Shown here piece by piece: positions 27,580 through 38,333 of a stretch of 49,954 bases of DNA. This DNA comes from an uncultured Ruminococcus sp. (GTDB lineage: Bacteria; Bacillota; Clostridia; Oscillospirales; Acutalibacteraceae): NCBI GenBank assembly GCA_902767155.1, contig CACXGC010000118.1:1-49954 (forward strand). The letters are read 5' to 3'. Both the position numbers and the translations under genes were made by a program. The notes beneath the pieces are model-generated. The model made no database searches, was not told where the DNA came from, and was given only the letters and a program-made list of their open reading frames with translations. The number at the start of each line of letters is the position of its first letter. Within the stretch, counting starts at the first letter, position 1.

Positions 27580-29514
27580 TTATCCGTTGTTTCTTGTATA
27601 GTCAAGCAAACCTCCGGCAAGAATAATATCTCTTGTTCTGTCGGAAAGCTCGCAAAGTACAGGAATTTCCTTGCCGCTTGTCTTGTTGATAAGAGTAAGT
27701 TGTTCATTGCCGTTTGCAATAAGCTTGCGCACATCTGGCAGAGAGAGTTCGTCGCCTTCGCTGATACTGTTGTAATCAGATTCATTTACGAAAGTAAGTG
27801 GAAGTATACCGGCGTTGATAAGATTTGCACGGTGGATTCTTGCAAAGGATTTTACAACAACAGCCTTTACGCCAAGATAAAGCGGAGCAAGAGCAGCGTG
27901 TTCACGTGAAGAACCCTGACCGTAGTTTACACCTCCGACAATAATGCTTGAGCCGAGTTTCTTTGCTCTTTCAGGGAAATCTTTATCACAGACTGTAAAG
28001 CAGTGCTGAGAAATTGCAGGTATATTTGAACGAAGCGGAAGAATTTTTGCACCGGCAGGCATTATGTGGTCAGTTGTAATATTGTCGCCTACTTTGAGGG
28101 AACAGGGAACATCAATATTTTCGGAAAGAGGAGCAGTGTCCGGATATGGCTTTATGTTAGGACCACGAAGTATTTCAACACTGTCCATTTCTTCAACAGG
28201 AGCAGGGGCAATGACCATATTATCATTGAAATCGAATTTTTCAGGAAGAGGGATATTAACAGCATCTCCAAGTGTTCTCGGATCGGTAAATACGCCTGTA
28301 AGAGCTGATGCAGCGGCAGTTTCGGGACTTACAAGATATATCTGACCGTCACGTGTACCGCTTCTGCCTTCAAAGTTGCGGTTAAAAGTACGCAGGGAAA
28401 CACCTTTGCTGTTAGGTGACTGACCCATGCCTATGCACGGACCGCAGGCACATTCAAGGATTCTTGCACCGGCTTCGATAATATCAGCGAGAGCGCCGTT
28501 TCTTGCGAGCATATTGTATACTTGCTTTGAACCGGGGGCAATAGCAAGACTTACATTAGGAGCAACGTTTTTTCCCTTGAGAATAGAGGCAACACGCATA
28601 AGATCAAGGTAAGAAGAGTTAGTACATGAGCCGATACAAACCTGATCTACTGTTTTAGCACCGATTTCCTCGATAGTTTTGATATTATCAGGGCTGTGAG
28701 GGCAGGCAGCCATAGGAACGAGTGAAGAAAGGTCAATGTTTATAACTTCGTCGTAAACAGCATCGGAATCGGCAGAAAGTTCTGTCCAGTCTTCTTCACG
28801 ACCCTGAGCCTTCATGAATTCCTTAGTTATTTCGTCAGATGGGAAAACGGAAGTAGTAGCACCAAGTTCAGCGCCCATGTTTGTAATGGTTGCTCTTTCG
28901 GGAACGGTGAGAGTTTCGACACCTTCGCCGCCATATTCTATAATCTTGCCTACACCGCCTTTAACAGACATGATGCGCAGTACTTCAAGAATAATATCTT
29001 TAGCAGAAACCCATGGCTGGAGCTTGCCGAAAAGATTTATGCGTACCATTTTAGGCATAGAAATATAGTAAGCGCCGCCGCCCATTGCAACAGCAACATC
29101 AAGACCGCCTGCACCGATTGCAAGCATACCTATACCGCCGCCTGTAGGAGTATGACTGTCAGAGCCTATAAGAGTTTTTCCGGGCTTGCCGAAACGTTCA
29201 AGGTGTACCTGATGGCATATACCGTTACCGGGACGAGAAAAATATATACCGTGTTTTTTGCAGACAGACTGTATGAAACGATGATCGTCAGCATTTTCAA
29301 ATCCTGTCTGTAATGTATTATGGTCGATATAAGCGACACTTTTTTCTGTTTTGACTCTCGGAACACCGATAGCCTCAAATTCAAGATAAGCCATCGTTCC
29401 GGTAGCGTCCTGTGTCAGAGTCTGGTCAATTTTAAGACCTACCTCACTGCCTACGGTCATTTCGCCGCTGAGAAGATGTGCTTTGATAATTTTCTGAGCA
29501 ATAGTATAACCCAT
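27580..29514 (-). CDS. aconitate hydratase (644-aa clostridial type)
   Basis: AAGGAGGA SD. Fe-S ligand regions IGSCTNSS and CGPCIGMG, and a swivel domain with NYGQGSSREHAA. Sits 36 nt upstream of icd. Confidence 0.9.
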   Translation of the reverse strand: MGYTIAQKIIKAHLLSGEMTVGSEVGLKIDQTLTQDATGTMAYLEFEAIGVPRVKTEKSVAYIDHNTLQTGFENADDHRFIQSVCKKHGIYFSRPGNGICHQVHLERFGKPGKTLIGSDSHTPTGGGIGMLAIGAGGLDVAVAMGGGAYYISMPKMVRINLFGKLQPWVSAKDIILEVLRIMSVKGGVGKIIEYGGEGVETLTVPERATITNMGAELGATTSVFPSDEITKEFMKAQGREEDWTELSADSDAVYDEVINIDLSSLVPMAACPHSPDNIKTIEEIGAKTVDQVCIGSCTNSSYLDLMRVASILKGKNVAPNVSLAIAPGSKQVYNMLARNGALADIIEAGARILECACGPCIGMGQSPNSKGVSLRTFNRNFEGRSGTRDGQIYLVSPETAAASALTGVFTDPRTLGDAVNIPLPEKFDFNDNMVIAPAPVEEMDSVEILRGPNIKPYPDTAPLSENIDVPCSLKVGDNITTDHIMPAGAKILPLRSNIPAISQHCFTVCDKDFPERAKKLGSSIIVGGVNYGQGSSREHAALAPLYLGVKAVVVKSFARIHRANLINAGILPLTFVNESDYNSISEGDELSLPDVRKLIANGNEQLTLINKTSGKEIPVLCELSDRTRDIILAGGLLDYTRNNG

Positions 29515-29562
29515 TGTCTTTCCTCCTTAGTTTGGATATGCGTATATAAACAATACACTACT

Positions 29563-29591
29563 ATTATCCTTCAAAACATTCGATTTGTCAA
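29563..29591 (-). promoter_or_regulatory. probable sigma-A promoter of the aconitase-icd operon
   Basis: On the minus strand: TTGACA (29586-29591), 17 bp spacer, GATAAT (29563-29568). Confidence 0.55.
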
Positions 29592-29690
29592 TCTTTTTTC
29601 CCATTTTAGATACATTTTTCATAACATAAAATTACAAATATGCTAAATAAGCAATTACGCTGATTTTTTAGTTATTTTCGGCTCATGTTA

Positions 29691-29719
29691 TTGAATATCT
29701 TCTGCAAATATATTATAAT
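29691..29719 (+). promoter_or_regulatory. probable sigma-A promoter of the small wHTH-like gene
   Basis: TTGAAT (29691-29696), 17 bp spacer, TATAAT (29714-29719). Confidence 0.5.
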
Positions 29720-29756
29720 CTAAGCTATTGATACTATTTGCTTGGAGGAAATTACT

Positions 29757-30020
29757 ATGCAACTCAACGACTCTCTTGTAACAAATGTTCTGCTTTACCT
29801 TAACAGCGCACTGAAAGTAAAATCTTCTGTCACCTTTGATGACGTTATAGCCGCACCAAAGTGCAAAAAGTATTCTGTCAGTGATATCGGTAAAGCTCTC
29901 GAACTACTGAGGAGAAATAATCTTGTGAAAGCGAATTCACGTTTCGGATGCAGTGAATTATTGGAATTTACTGCAACAGCAATAACTGACAAGGGAAAAG
30001 ATTACATATCAAAACTATGA
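29757..30020 (+). CDS. small YjcQ-like winged-helix protein (putative)
   Basis: 87 aa from ATG 29757, with GGAGGA 7 nt upstream. The C-terminal pattern LLRRNNLVKA...ITDKGKDYISKL resembles YjcQ/DUF2513-type wHTH proteins. Unverified. Confidence 0.5.
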   Translation: MQLNDSLVTNVLLYLNSALKVKSSVTFDDVIAAPKCKKYSVSDIGKALELLRRNNLVKANSRFGCSELLEFTATAITDKGKDYISKL

Positions 30021-30048
30021 TTGAAAAGGAGCTCCTCACTTTAAATGA

Positions 30049-30831
30049 ATAGCTGCTGTTGCAACAATAATCGGAAATGCTGCCGGAATGTCTATCACTT
30101 ATTTTCTATCTCACAATAAAACTATACTCAAACCGCATATGAAATATTTGCTGCCTACAAAAGAAATACTGAAAGAAATCTACTGGGTTGGTATTCCGGC
30201 ATCTTTAGAAACATTTCTCACGTCGGTTGCATTCATTGTAAACAATAATCTTGCTGTAAGCTATGGCGAACTAACAGTAGCTTCTATGGGAATCTCTCAG
30301 AAAATAATGTCTCTCGGCAGTTATGTATATCAAGGATTTGCTGCCGGAACTCAGCCAATAATGGGCTATAATTACGGCTCAAAAAATTTCTCACGTATGC
30401 TTGATGTTCTTAAAGCAGGCGTATTTGTCGTCACAGGAACCGAAATTGCACTTATGCTTGTATACGGTATCTTTGCTCCTCAATTCATCGGAATTTTTAC
30501 CGATTCATCTGAAGTTATTGAAATCGGTACAAAAGTACTAAGAACTCTTATGTTCATACTGCCATTTGTCGGCACTGTATCAATGTGTCGTATGGCTTTT
30601 CAGGCAATAGGAAAACCACAGTATGCTTTTAGTATTACTCTTGTGCGTCAGTTGTTCTTATATGTGCCGCTGTTAATTTTGTTCAACAATATTTTCTCGT
30701 TCGGCGGTATGCTCTGGGCTCAGCCTGTAACGGAATTTATTATGATGATATCATCTTTAGCATTGCTTTATCATGTTATCAAAACGGAAGAACGTAAACA
30801 GCTGCACTATACCGCTAACCAACAAACTTAA
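30049..30831 (+). pseudogene. 5'-truncated MATE family efflux transporter (C-terminal half only)
   Basis: The frame opens at 30049 (IAAVATIIGNAAGMSITYF...). The sequence matches the second six-TM lobe of MATE transporters (VGIPASLE..., GISQKIMSL, GTQPIMGYNYG). The N-terminal lobe is absent and there is no SD before ATG 30088. Confidence 0.7.
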
Positions 30832-30838
30832 ATAAAGT

Positions 30839-30900
30839 AACATACCCTGAACTGCTTTATCAGATATCTGTCTAAATATAACAGTCAGGGTATGTTTTTC
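30839..30900. terminator. long-loop hairpin between convergent genes (possible bidirectional terminator)
   Basis: 12-bp stem AACATACCCTGA / TCAGGGTATGTT (30839-30850 / 30885-30896), followed by TTTTC. Confidence 0.45.
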
Positions 30901-30920
30901 TTTTACATCTGTACTACTTG

Positions 30921-33900
30921 TTACAGGTAAACTTCTTCATTGAGGGTAAGAGAATATATAACGCAGTCTTTAACTTTCTTTCCGAAAATTTTCTTGGCTG
31001 CTTCCTTATAAAGGCTGAGTTGTAATCCATAAGATTTTGTCAACTTTTCAGGATCAGTATTTCTGTCTGTTTTGTAATCGACAATAGTAAGTCCGTCTTC
31101 TTCCTCGATTATACAGTCTATCGCACCTTGTAAAACTGTCTCAGCCTCGCTAAGATCTTTTCCGGCGAAATCTTCACTTCCGGCAAAAGCAAGCTCGGCA
31201 GGTATTTTTACCGTAAACTGATACTCTCTGTAAATTGCAGCAGCTTTAAGCATTTTATCAAAAATCTTGCTCCTTGTGAACGCCTTTATATCCTCGTCAG
31301 AAATCATATCAAATTCTTTCTCGGTCATACGCTTTTCGCTTATAATACGTTCTTTTTCTTTCTCAAACGAACCTTTCACGCTTATCTCGTCATACAATTT
31401 GCCAAAATCGACATTTTGTAAAAATGCGTGAGTCGCAGTACCTTTTTCTGTTGGAGAAACATCATCAAATTTCGGACTTGAAACCGCAATTATATACTGT
31501 CCTGCTTTTTGATGGGCAAGTGTTGATGCCGAAACCTTTGATGGTATAAGAGTCGTAACATCATTTTTATTGCGTTCGAATATTTTATCCATGTTTGAAA
31601 GAGTTTTTTCATCAGGTTCCTCAAATTTTTCCTGAGGTTTGTCTTCTTTCAAAATTTGTACTCCATCTATGCGAACATACTTCCATTTCGTACTGCATGA
31701 TAGCTTTGGAAGAACTATATCATATTTCTTCTCTATACTATCACTATCTGCAACAACATAGGCCTCCCTACGCATTTCATCCATATCACTATTCAGCAAA
31801 GCACACATAATTACCATATCTGAAAGTGTTTTGCATGATAATACAGACTCTCCGTTTATCTTTCCATTACTTTCATCAAAATCTATCATGGATGCGACTC
31901 TATTAAGATACCCTTCCCTGCCGTGCAGCCTGTCCTGTTTTTTCTTATTTTTACTGCTCTCATCTTTTGAATTTGTGCTGTCATCTTGCTTATTTTCAAC
32001 TGTTGAAAGAATTATCAGCTTTTCTTTTGCACGTGTCAAAGCAACATATAAAACTCGAAGCTCTTCACGCTTTTCGTCAAGTAAAGCTGCCTGTTTAACG
32101 GCTGCAAACTGAAATGTATCAAATCGGAGAAGCTTTTCTGTATCTATTGTTCTCAAACCTATGCCCAATTCGCTGTGGTAACATATCCTTTGATTATCTG
32201 ATGCTCCCTTGCTATTGGTCGATGCAAGTATACATATCGGAAATTCAAGTCCCTTTGAATGATGTATCGTCATTATCTTTACAGCGTTCAGTGGTGCACT
32301 GTCAGATACCTTTATTCCATTTTGTGTTTCCTCAAGATATTTCACTCTGCGTACAAATCCGGTAAGCCCTCCGGAAGTGCCTTGTTCATACTCTGCAACA
32401 AAGTTAATTAACCTTCTGAGATTCTGTACACGAAATTCTCCACCAGACATCGCATTCATAACAGACATATAGCCTGTTCTTTCAAAAAATTCCTGCAATA
32501 CTCCATCCGTCGGCATTGTTACAGCAAGTTGGCGGAGTTGTCTCATCATATTTACAAATTTCTGAACTTTTTCAGAAAAAGCTCCGTATATCTTTAAGGA
32601 TTCTTTTCTGGAAAGATAAAGCAGTTTCTTATAGTAACTTTTTCCTCTGACGCTCTTTATCAAAACAAGTTCATCAGGAGTAAATCCGAATACCGGACAC
32701 ATCAGAGCCGCCGCCATATCAACATCTGATAATGGATTGCTCAAAATCTTAAGATATGAAATAGCTGCTTTTACCTCATAGCGCTCCAATAAATCAAATT
32801 CTGCATCTGCATATGATGGTATACCGACTTTTTCCAACTCTTCAGCATAAATATTTGCACGATTTTTTGCCGTTCTTGTCATTATGCAAAAATCACTGTA
32901 AATTGCCTTACGCTTTTGTTTTCTCTTACTATCGTATACTTCTTCCCCGTTATCAATCATAGAGCGAATCAAACCGGCACAATAAATAGCTTCTTTTCGT
33001 GTTTTGCCTGCGTCCTCTTCATTTGAGTCACTGTCATCATTATCTTCTTCATCAGTTGTTGACGATTTTTTATATTCTACTATGTGTATCTCTGTTGTAG
33101 CTTTGTCAGGCTCATCGTATGCTGCTCCTGTTGTCAGACTCTGTGTTTTATCATATTCTATCTCTCCTGACATTTCCGACATAAGCAAATTAAAAATGTA
33201 ATTAACGCTTTCTATAATACCCTTACGGCTTCGGAAGTTTTTGTCAAGAACTATAAGTGCCGGAAAAACTGCCTCTTCTTCTTCATCAGAGTATAAGTTT
33301 CCAATACTGCATCTGTCTTTGAACAAAAGCGGCTTTGCCTCTCTGAAACGATAAATACTCTGCTTTATATCTCCGACAACAAAAAGATTTTCATCATTAC
33401 GCGAAAGAGCTTTGAAAATATTTTCCTGAATATCATTTGTATCCTGATATTCATCTATCATTATCTCATGATATTTTTCTGCCATTTCCTTTGAAAAATT
33501 GCTGCGGACATATTTACCTGTACTCTCATCATAATCATACAAAAGCTTTAATACAAGACTTTCAAGGTCATGAAAATCAAGAATTCCTCTTTCTTTTTTC
33601 GCCTCAAAAAAGCTGTTGTCAAATTCTTTGAGAATATCTCTCAGACATTTCATTACCGGATAAAGCTGCTCATTATTCTGTATAAAAATCTCACTATCAA
33701 AAACAGCATAGGGAAACATTTTTTCTTCTACTATGTCAGCAAATCTTTTCAACGTTTTAACAGCAGTAATAAGTGTCCTATCTTTTGAAGAACCATATTT
33801 TACAGTAATCTTTTCAAATCCGCATACAATTTCCGTAATTTTATCAAAATCCGGTTTTCCGCCTGAAAACAATTTTTCTATCTTGTCAAGAAAAGAGCCA

Positions 33901-34763
33901 TAACTGTCATATACATCCATAGTATTTTCATAAGAATTTTTCTTGTCTGCATCTTTAGACTTTTTCTTTGGCTTCTTCTCCTCCATAGTTTTTATCAAAA
34001 CGCCACGATAAGTCAAAGCTTTATCATATACGTTTCTGAGCAATTTAACTGTCGAAGCAAGATGACCAATTATAAAAATACCGACTTTGCTTTCTTCAAT
34101 CATTAAAGAAGGGTTATACTGCCTTACACATTCATCCATCCATTGCTCCGGAAAAGCGTGTGATGTGTACTTATTATAAATTTCAAGCAATTCATATTCA
34201 AGATCAGTATCAAGTTTATCAGATGTTATAAGCATACTCAAAATGTTAAAAGAGTCGTATCTTTCTTTCATCATCTCATAGTTGTCACTGTCTTTTTTAG
34301 GTGGAATATAGTATTTTTCTATCAGTCCTGACATAATTTTTCTACGCAATTCGTAAAGTTCTGATGCTGTTCCAATACGATAATCACGGCTGACTCCAAG
34401 GCGGAAAAAATTATCCCTGACAACTTTACTGCAAAAACTGTCAATAGTACATATATCAGCACTTGCAAGTAAAAGCTGCTGCTGACGGTAAAAATCGTTA
34501 TCCGGGTCTTCTGAGATCAGTTCGTCTATTGCTCTTGAAATTCTGCTGCGCATTTCTCCTGCTGCAAGATTTGTAAATGTCAGAATAAGCAAACGATCAG
34601 CCGGTACAGCATTTTCTCCGGTCAAAAGCCTTATTACTCTCTGTACGAGAACCCATGTTTTTCCGGAACCTGCTGCTGCCGAAACAGTTATTCCTCCACC
34701 GGTTGTATTGATCGCTTTTTCTTGTGCAGAAGTAAGTTCTACTTCACTCGCCTTGCCACTCAT
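30921..34763 (-). CDS. addA: helicase-exonuclease AddAB subunit A
   Basis: 1280 aa. UvrD-type helicase motifs (AAAGSGKT, DEYQDTN) and a C-terminal PD-(D/E)XK nuclease domain (GAIDCIIEE...IVDYKTD). Confidence 0.95.
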   Translation of the reverse strand: MSGKASEVELTSAQEKAINTTGGGITVSAAAGSGKTWVLVQRVIRLLTGENAVPADRLLILTFTNLAAGEMRSRISRAIDELISEDPDNDFYRQQQLLLASADICTIDSFCSKVVRDNFFRLGVSRDYRIGTASELYELRRKIMSGLIEKYYIPPKKDSDNYEMMKERYDSFNILSMLITSDKLDTDLEYELLEIYNKYTSHAFPEQWMDECVRQYNPSLMIEESKVGIFIIGHLASTVKLLRNVYDKALTYRGVLIKTMEEKKPKKKSKDADKKNSYENTMDVYDSYGSFLDKIEKLFSGGKPDFDKITEIVCGFEKITVKYGSSKDRTLITAVKTLKRFADIVEEKMFPYAVFDSEIFIQNNEQLYPVMKCLRDILKEFDNSFFEAKKERGILDFHDLESLVLKLLYDYDESTGKYVRSNFSKEMAEKYHEIMIDEYQDTNDIQENIFKALSRNDENLFVVGDIKQSIYRFREAKPLLFKDRCSIGNLYSDEEEEAVFPALIVLDKNFRSRKGIIESVNYIFNLLMSEMSGEIEYDKTQSLTTGAAYDEPDKATTEIHIVEYKKSSTTDEEDNDDSDSNEEDAGKTRKEAIYCAGLIRSMIDNGEEVYDSKRKQKRKAIYSDFCIMTRTAKNRANIYAEELEKVGIPSYADAEFDLLERYEVKAAISYLKILSNPLSDVDMAAALMCPVFGFTPDELVLIKSVRGKSYYKKLLYLSRKESLKIYGAFSEKVQKFVNMMRQLRQLAVTMPTDGVLQEFFERTGYMSVMNAMSGGEFRVQNLRRLINFVAEYEQGTSGGLTGFVRRVKYLEETQNGIKVSDSAPLNAVKIMTIHHSKGLEFPICILASTNSKGASDNQRICYHSELGIGLRTIDTEKLLRFDTFQFAAVKQAALLDEKREELRVLYVALTRAKEKLIILSTVENKQDDSTNSKDESSKNKKKQDRLHGREGYLNRVASMIDFDESNGKINGESVLSCKTLSDMVIMCALLNSDMDEMRREAYVVADSDSIEKKYDIVLPKLSCSTKWKYVRIDGVQILKEDKPQEKFEEPDEKTLSNMDKIFERNKNDVTTLIPSKVSASTLAHQKAGQYIIAVSSPKFDDVSPTEKGTATHAFLQNVDFGKLYDEISVKGSFEKEKERIISEKRMTEKEFDMISDEDIKAFTRSKIFDKMLKAAAIYREYQFTVKIPAELAFAGSEDFAGKDLSEAETVLQGAIDCIIEEEDGLTIVDYKTDRNTDPEKLTKSYGLQLSLYKEAAKKIFGKKVKDCVIYSLTLNEEVYL

Positions 34764-37700
34764 TTTTCAGAGCCTCCTTTATCTTCTCTAATTCCTCTCC
34801 CTTTTTGTATGACGGAAAAACAGCTTTTCGACCGCCTTTTTCAAAACGACACACCGAGCTGTACTGACAATAATCACAAGCATCCTTTGTCGGTAAAACA
34901 TCAATATTTCCGGAAAACAGCTCTACTCCCATTGACTTTATGCATACATCTATATAGTCGAATATCATTTTAAACTCCTCTTTAGAAACAACACTTCCCA
35001 CAATCTCATTATCCTTAAGATTTGCCGGAATGAAATTTCCGCTAAGATCCTCCTCCATGGAAGTAAGCACGGTTTTGTCATTGATAAGCAATCCCTGCAT
35101 TTTGAGTTTCCTATTTTGCTCCTTAACCTTTTCTTCTACTATTTCGCTGTCAGTAGATAAACCCGCATCTGTTTTTGCGGTTGATGGAACATACAGTACT
35201 CCGGCCGGAAGCAATACTTTTCCATCATCGGTGTATTTTTTTACGCCATTTTTCAGAATTATCGAAAGATATAACAACATCTGAATTTTTATACCGTTTG
35301 CAATATTTTTCAGCTTAAAATCATCATTTCCCGTTTTATAGTCAACAACACGTATATAATCATTACCATCTATTCTATTTGTATCCACACGATCCACATA
35401 ACCGCTTATAATCAGATTATCTCCGGTTGGAAGTTGCAGTTTATATGCCGGTATAGAATTTTCTTCTTTTTCCTTTCCTCCGATGTGCAGCTCATAATCT
35501 ACCGGATGAAATTTATCTGTCTGAAATTGACGGCACATTCTCGACAATACACGAAAAGCTTGTTTCTTTATTCTTCTGCATGATGCATCAAATCTATATC
35601 CTCTCTCTTCTGCATCACCGATCTCTGCAAGATAACCGTCAAAAGCCGTACTTATCTGAACTTTGAGTTCGTTTTCTGACATCTTTTTAAGTTCATCTAT
35701 TCCGACATTTTTCAGAAGTTTTTCAAATATATAATGCATCGCACTGCCATAAAGTCCATTATCCATTTCCGCCTTTCTAAGCGGTTTGAGAGCAAGTCCG
35801 TATTTACAGAAATAGGAAAACTTACACTTTGCAAAATCATCAATTTTAGAACTTGATAATCTCACACCCGAATAACGCACCGGCTTTATTCCTGTAATTT
35901 TTCTCGATTTAAAGTGCTCTGTTTTTGAAATTTTTCCGGATGCTTTACAAGTATATTTCATGGGACTGCAATATGTTTTTCTTGCAAGATGAAGATTTTT
36001 CAATCTGAACCCTGCTCTGTCCGCCGCTTTCTGAATTGCCTCTGCACGGTCATGATAATTTTCATTGCAAAGATAATAACTTCTTAATGCTGCCGCACGT
36101 GAAGAAGTACTGTTCCACATAGATGCACATAAATCAAAACTCTGACGTTCTGTAAAAAACATTTCTTTATCTGAGAGACTATCCTCTGTCATTCCTATAT
36201 TCCTGTGAATTGGAAACTCTTTTCCTAATATTTTTTTGACTTCACTTTTTATAACAGACGGCTCACAGCTTTTTCCTGAAGAATCCTGAGTATACCAACT
36301 TATAAACAATTTTTCGGATGGTGCTGAAAGAACCATATAAACATTGAATCGTTCCTTAAGCGATGCACCGTAAATAGAATCATACAGCGGCAAATATATA
36401 CCGCCTTTATTTTCTTTTCTGAGAAAACGGCGTTCGGCATCAGTAAATATTCCCCTCGCAGAAACTTGCGCCGGAAAAACACCTTCTGTCGCACCTATCG
36501 CAAAAACTATTTTAGGCGCTGCACTCCTCATATTTCCTGCTTTGCCTATTGTTACACTGTTAATCGTTCTGGGAATATCAGATATCGGACTTTTGTGTAC
36601 ATATATTTTCAGCAAATCAATATAAGCATGGCTGTCGATATTTTTTCCTTTCAGCACATGATACATTTTTCCGAGAATATCCATAGCAATATCCCAGACA
36701 GATTTTTCTCGTTCAACACGTTTCTCATCTGTGCTATGCATTATAGACTTGATAAAATCTCTGAATTTCTCTCTACATCCTATTTCTTCCATCAACTCAT
36801 ACAAAACTTTGGTTATTTCATCACCGCTGCATGAATTTTTTATTTTTTCTTCAAACACAGTAAGAGGTTCAATAAGTTTTTTACGAATTTCCTCTATATT
36901 TTTAATTCTCTCACCAAGATTTTCCGAATCACTATCACGATTTCCGTCCGGTGACATTGTAAACTGGCTTTTCCATCTTTTTCCACGTATGCTCCAAACA
37001 TAACAATAATTTTCCAACTGAAAAATTTCTTCTTCTTCAAGCTGTGTTAAACCTGTTTTTGCATAGCGAAGGACAGATTCTGTATCATATCCCGAATGAA
37101 TTATTTCAAAAGCTGAAAACATAAGCCTTATAATAGGCTTTATTTCAAGCGGTTCAGGATTTGACAAAAAATACGGAATATTGTATTTAGGAAATTCCAA
37201 TGCAATTATACTTTTATAATTTTCCGGCACAGAACCTATTACTTCTATATCACTGTAAGAATAACCGCAGTCATGTACAAGACGATATATTGTTCTTGCA
37301 ACATATTGTATCTCGTCATAAAGATCTGATGCTTCGTACATCTGAACGCTATCATCAGGATGAATTTCAGATTTCACAGAATCCGAACCTCTTCTGTAAC
37401 CAGCAAAAATCTTATTTTCAAGCAGGCGAATACTTCTTCCTTTATAACGTATGCCCTCTGTCGCAAGCTGTTCTACCGCACATTGTTTTCCCGTTCTCTG
37501 CGAAAGCTTGAGGAAAGACTTGTATGTATCATCAGTTTCAGCAAAAATAGTGCTTTTGGTTGCAATTGTCTTCTTATCTGTACAAAGTGTAACGTAAACT
37601 TCATCTGCCTGAACTACTATTCTTTCAATTATTTTAATTTCCTGAGCCGAAAATCCGTTGAAAGAGTCAATATAAACATTCTTGCCTGTAAAATAATCAT

Positions 37701-38277
37701 GTTTCAACAAAATTTCATAGAGACGATTGAGATCATCATCCGGGTCTGCATATGTATTTTCCAGCAATGCATTATATGCGGCATATATTTTTGCGCTATC
37801 TCTAAGCTTTGACGCAAGGATTTTGTCATCTACCAAGCCTGCCATTTCATAAAGCATTTCCGGAGTTATGAGACACATTTTGTACTCATTTACCGCTGTC
37901 AGCATTGGTTCAACAAGATCAAGCACTTTCTTAGTTTTTCCGGCTGACATTTTGTAAAGTTCAAGTTCGCCGCCCTCGGACGGAGCTTTTCCGATTGCCA
38001 TGCTCATCAATACAGCTTTTACACCATCATTTATTCGCTCCTCCGTCAATCCGTGAAATTCACTGAACAAATAGTTGCATAGCCTTTTGAAACTGAATAT
38101 TTTGATATTTCGTGACGCTGCCGGACCAACATGGTCAAGAATTTTTGTTTCATGATAAAACGATATCTGCTCCGGAACAATAACAACAGCTTCTTTATCA
38201 CATGGAAGTTCGCTCAGCAAATCATGTATTTTCTCTGTTTTTCCGCTGCCGCTTCTGCCCAATATTATATGTATCAT
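34744..38277 (-). CDS. addB: helicase-exonuclease AddAB subunit B
   Basis: 1177 aa. Motifs GRSGSGKT and VVDYKTG, with Fe-S cysteines CKFSYFC...CDYCQYSSVC. Overlaps addA by 20 nt. Confidence 0.95.
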   Translation of the reverse strand: MIHIILGRSGSGKTEKIHDLLSELPCDKEAVVIVPEQISFYHETKILDHVGPAASRNIKIFSFKRLCNYLFSEFHGLTEERINDGVKAVLMSMAIGKAPSEGGELELYKMSAGKTKKVLDLVEPMLTAVNEYKMCLITPEMLYEMAGLVDDKILASKLRDSAKIYAAYNALLENTYADPDDDLNRLYEILLKHDYFTGKNVYIDSFNGFSAQEIKIIERIVVQADEVYVTLCTDKKTIATKSTIFAETDDTYKSFLKLSQRTGKQCAVEQLATEGIRYKGRSIRLLENKIFAGYRRGSDSVKSEIHPDDSVQMYEASDLYDEIQYVARTIYRLVHDCGYSYSDIEVIGSVPENYKSIIALEFPKYNIPYFLSNPEPLEIKPIIRLMFSAFEIIHSGYDTESVLRYAKTGLTQLEEEEIFQLENYCYVWSIRGKRWKSQFTMSPDGNRDSDSENLGERIKNIEEIRKKLIEPLTVFEEKIKNSCSGDEITKVLYELMEEIGCREKFRDFIKSIMHSTDEKRVEREKSVWDIAMDILGKMYHVLKGKNIDSHAYIDLLKIYVHKSPISDIPRTINSVTIGKAGNMRSAAPKIVFAIGATEGVFPAQVSARGIFTDAERRFLRKENKGGIYLPLYDSIYGASLKERFNVYMVLSAPSEKLFISWYTQDSSGKSCEPSVIKSEVKKILGKEFPIHRNIGMTEDSLSDKEMFFTERQSFDLCASMWNSTSSRAAALRSYYLCNENYHDRAEAIQKAADRAGFRLKNLHLARKTYCSPMKYTCKASGKISKTEHFKSRKITGIKPVRYSGVRLSSSKIDDFAKCKFSYFCKYGLALKPLRKAEMDNGLYGSAMHYIFEKLLKNVGIDELKKMSENELKVQISTAFDGYLAEIGDAEERGYRFDASCRRIKKQAFRVLSRMCRQFQTDKFHPVDYELHIGGKEKEENSIPAYKLQLPTGDNLIISGYVDRVDTNRIDGNDYIRVVDYKTGNDDFKLKNIANGIKIQMLLYLSIILKNGVKKYTDDGKVLLPAGVLYVPSTAKTDAGLSTDSEIVEEKVKEQNRKLKMQGLLINDKTVLTSMEEDLSGNFIPANLKDNEIVGSVVSKEEFKMIFDYIDVCIKSMGVELFSGNIDVLPTKDACDYCQYSSVCRFEKGGRKAVFPSYKKGEELEKIKEALKNEWQGE

Positions 38278-38333
38278 TTTGCATCCTCCTCATTTCCTAT
38301 ATTCATCAAGCTGCCATTTTTTAATTACGCATT

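Noticed and set aside
27037-27909. 290-aa + strand ORF.
   Set aside because: It lies entirely antisense to the well-supported icd and aconitase genes. It has no SD, an odd Cys/Phe-rich composition and no recognisable motifs. It is a shadow ORF.
30045-30119. Cys-rich 24-codon ORF (MNSCCCNNNRKCCRNVYHLFSISQ) after a GGAG.
   Set aside because: It is an out-of-frame reading of the MATE remnant. The SD-to-ATG spacing is 13 nt, which is too long. It is most likely fortuitous.
35379-35399. Two DnaA-box-like 9-mers (GTATCCACA, GATCCACAT), considered together with the gene-orientation switch at ~17.6-17.8 kb as a possible origin.
   Set aside because: The boxes lie inside the addB coding sequence (encoding VDRVDT) and are imperfect. 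There is no box cluster in the 17.6-17.8 kb intergenic region, and no dnaA/dnaN or AT-rich unwinding element was recognised.
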